Virus record (IMG/VR): IMGVR_UViG_3300032116_000031
Span: 72,215-136,214 of that record
Length of the DNA stretch: 64,000 nucleotides
DNA from: a virus
Reading direction: 5' to 3' (one strand)
In this document: positions 62,173 through 64,000 of the stretch, in pieces
Position numbering within the stretch: position 1 is the stretch's first letter
Layout: each line of letters opens with the position of its first letter
Position numbers and translations under genes: made by a program
The notes under the pieces: model-generated
The model's input: the letters and a program-made list of their open reading frames with translations, nothing else
Told to the model about the DNA's origin: nothing
Databases searched by the model: none

Positions 62173-62240
62173 GGTTTATTTTTTTTATTATATAAATATA
62201 TCTGTTTTTTGTTTTTTGGAGGGTTGGACGGCGAAAATGA

Positions 62241-62618
62241 TTAAATTGTTGGATTATTTAACATATATTCGCTTTCATATAATTCGTCCATACCAAAAAT
62301 GGTGTGCTTTTTTGTGTCAGGCTTTGGCCATACAATATAAGGGGCATAATTGGGATTCGGTTCATCTTCCCATAGAATGTCGACGGCGAATTTATCTGAT
62401 AAAACAGCTTCTTGGATGATTGTACCATCTTCACCAATAATTGCTGGTGTCAACTCCAAATGACCAAGTGGAATTACTGCGACCTTATTGTACGATGGAA
62501 TTGGTGAGGGGATTTCCACGCCGTTTTCATCAAATGTAGGCAGTGGGGGTGGCACAATTCCGCCGTCCACCCCTACCATCTCATCATAACTATTAAATTC
62601 GTATTTTAAATACCTCAT
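62241..62618 (-). CDS. Hypothetical protein, probably tail-fibre associated
   Basis: 125 aa, downstream of the fibre-like gene. Confidence 0.55.
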   Translation of the reverse strand: MRYLKYEFNSYDEMVGVDGGIVPPPLPTFDENGVEIPSPIPSYNKVAVIPLGHLELTPAIIGEDGTIIQEAVLSDKFAVDILWEDEPNPNYAPYIVWPKPDTKKHTIFGMDELYESEYMLNNPTI

Positions 62619-62619
62619 T

Positions 62620-62856
62620 CTAATTAGGCTCTAAATTTTCTGGTTGTGCTGGTAAAATCTCATATTCAATAGGCTCTCCTAAAATTGGAGTTAAAGTGTC
62701 ATTGAATACGATGTAATAAATGTTGTCTGTTTCATAATAACTGTAATCCACCCAAGAAGATGTTACACAACCTTCCTTGGGATACCCATAATAAGAATCA
62801 CAGCTTTGCTTTGCGTTAATCGCATCTTGTTCGGTTTCAAATTTGTATATAAGCAT
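62620..62856 (-). CDS. Hypothetical protein
   Basis: 78 aa, in the same operon. Confidence 0.55.
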   Translation of the reverse strand: MLIYKFETEQDAINAKQSCDSYYGYPKEGCVTSSWVDYSYYETDNIYYIVFNDTLTPILGEPIEYEILPAQPENLEPN

Positions 62857-62877
62857 AATTTATAAATTTATGTTTTT

Positions 62878-64000
62878 TTAATATATTCTGTAATAGTTGT
62901 TTATGTTGTTTGAAATTGCATCTTTATTTGTTGAATTTACATCTGTAAACCAGATAATTATTTCTTGTGAGTAACCACCTAAGTTAAAACCACCGATAGA
63001 ATAATCGAATAAAGTCAAATTTAACCAAGGGCTAAGATTTATTGAACCTTGTAAAAAAGATAAATGAGTTATGTTATCACCAAAAGCTGTAAAATACTGA
63101 TCTCTTGTACTTAGTGATTGTATGTTATTATTTTTAAAAATATTGTTTATAGTAAAACTATTAGAAGTACTTGAAGTAGAACCACTTTGAAGGATAAAAA
63201 CCCATCTAGCTGCACTTGAATTATCAGAATATAATATACCTTGAGTATCATTAGTTTTTAATACAGAGAATGATTGAAAAGGCTGACTAAGAGGCATGGT
63301 TACAGGTGTTGAAAACCCATCGTCAGTGCCATCTAATAGAATAGCAGGTCTATTATTATCAGGGTTTAGAATAATCTTTGAAATACTATCGTATATTTTA
63401 GGTTGTTTTGAAGCAGTTGATTGCACTTGATGTCTCCCATTCCCACTCTGATCATACCATGTTGTGACAAATCCATTTCCGCTTCCACAGAAAATTGATA
63501 ATGTTGATGTATCCAAATCCCCATTACGATTTGCAAAAATATCGGTTTCGGCATTATCGGAAGATCTTCTGACACGAACCAAAGGTCCCGTGTATGCCGT
63601 ATTCAACGACCTAACGGAATAGGCTGCTGCGGCACCTGAAAAATTATTTAATAAAAATTGTCGTGATCCATCGGCATACAAGTTATAATATGAATTTGTA
63701 TTTGTTCTGATCAAATTCATATTCGATTCCAAATTGCCATTCCAATACACCACTTCTGCAACTGTGTATGACCATTCTGGTGAATTGGTTGTTGGTGTAG
63801 GTGAAAATAAAACATTAGTACTCCAACCATCTCTATTGATATTAATAGAATTAGGTAATAGGTTGTTTCTTCTATAGCTTATAAGTTGTGATACATTGTC
63901 ATCTATAACACCACCAAAAGTATGTACTTGAGTGATATTGTGTAATTGTAATGATGGAGAAGATGAAGAAAAGGCGACATACTGATTCGTAGCAGCAGGA
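62878..64000 (-). CDS. Tail fibre / lectin-like virion protein, 5' end outside the window
   Basis: Frame appears open upstream of 63753; AAAAYSVR.L...Y.GP.VRVRRSSDNAE.DI and V.TWYDQSGNG.H beta-sandwich module. Confidence 0.6.
   Translation of the reverse strand, partial: PAATNQYVAFSSSSPSLQLHNITQVHTFGGVIDDNVSQLISYRRNNLLPNSININRDGWSTNVLFSPTPTTNSPEWSYTVAEVVYWNGNLESNMNLIRTNTNSYYNLYADGSRQFLLNNFSGAAAAYSVRSLNTAYTGPLVRVRRSSDNAETDIFANRNGDLDTSTLSIFCGSGNGFVTTWYDQSGNGRHQVQSTASKQPKIYDSISKIILNPDNNRPAILLDGTDDGFSTPVTMPLSQPFQSFSVLKTNDTQGILYSDNSSAARWVFILQSGSTSSTSNSFTINNIFKNNNIQSLSTRDQYFTAFGDNITHLSFLQGSINLSPWLNLTLFDYSIGGFNLGGYSQEIIIWFTDVNSTNKDAISNNINNYYRIY

Larger units (their letters stand above)
2381..62198. 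promoter_or_regulatory. Recurring putative late promoter TATTTAT (sense strand), about 15-35 nt upstream of start codons
   Basis: ATAAATA on plus strand for minus genes at 2381, 12972, 22214, 24166, 25739, 30156, 32677, 40998, 48102, 50402, 56285, 57021, 60002, 61733, 62192; TATTTAT for plus genes at 40985, 50422. Confidence 0.7.
2542..62570. repeat. Dispersed 10-bp motif KTGGACGGCG, 26 exact copies
   Basis: Plus-strand starts: 2542, 8621, 17151, 22461, 31523, 32267, 36389, 41065, 43066, 49762, 51569, 57211, 62224. Minus strand (CGCCGTCCAM on plus): 4882, 8190, 24568, 27554, 30960, 31893, 37117, 37562, 43531, 47651, 48274, 51714, 62561. Confidence 0.95.

Noticed and set aside
2542-62570. Dispersed motif as a protein-level (VDGE) repeat or restriction site
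   Set aside because: It occurs in several frames, on both strands and once between genes; restriction sites are usually depleted in phages, not enriched.
1-64000. Stop-codon reassignment as seen in some large Bacteroidota phages
   Set aside because: Genes are full length and densely packed under the standard code, and TAG and TGA both end genes here.

Overview
64 kb segment of a large, AT-rich (about 30% GC by eye) myovirus genome with T4-like head and tail genes. It holds terminase, portal, prohead protease, scaffold, major capsid, neck, sheath, tube, tail chaperone, tape measure and baseplate genes, plus replication and nucleotide genes (NrdAB, DnaB-like, RecA-like, 5'-3' exonuclease, SSB, primase-helicase, SF1 and SNF2 helicases, GuaC-like). 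TAnnTTTG promoter boxes point to a Bacteroidota host. Main observations: (1) a GC-rich non-palindromic 10-mer, KTGGACGGCG (extended KTGGACGGCGRAWW), found 26 times exactly by manual count (13 per strand) and embedded in genes in several reading frames, with no explanation from gene content; (2) nrdA broken in two by an atypically split intein (46 aa IntN, 139 aa IntC, Thr+1) with a free-standing GIY-YIG endonuclease between the halves; (3) a -1 frameshift signal in the tail chaperone; (4) a stand-alone TnpB with intact RuvC motifs; (5) a duplicated 67-bp hairpin element that could be an origin; (6) a probable late-promoter motif TATTTAT that also precedes a CCA-adding enzyme, a GNAT protein and a caspase-like protease. 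No tRNA, rRNA or CRISPR array was recognised. All functional calls come from motif recognition, not database searches.
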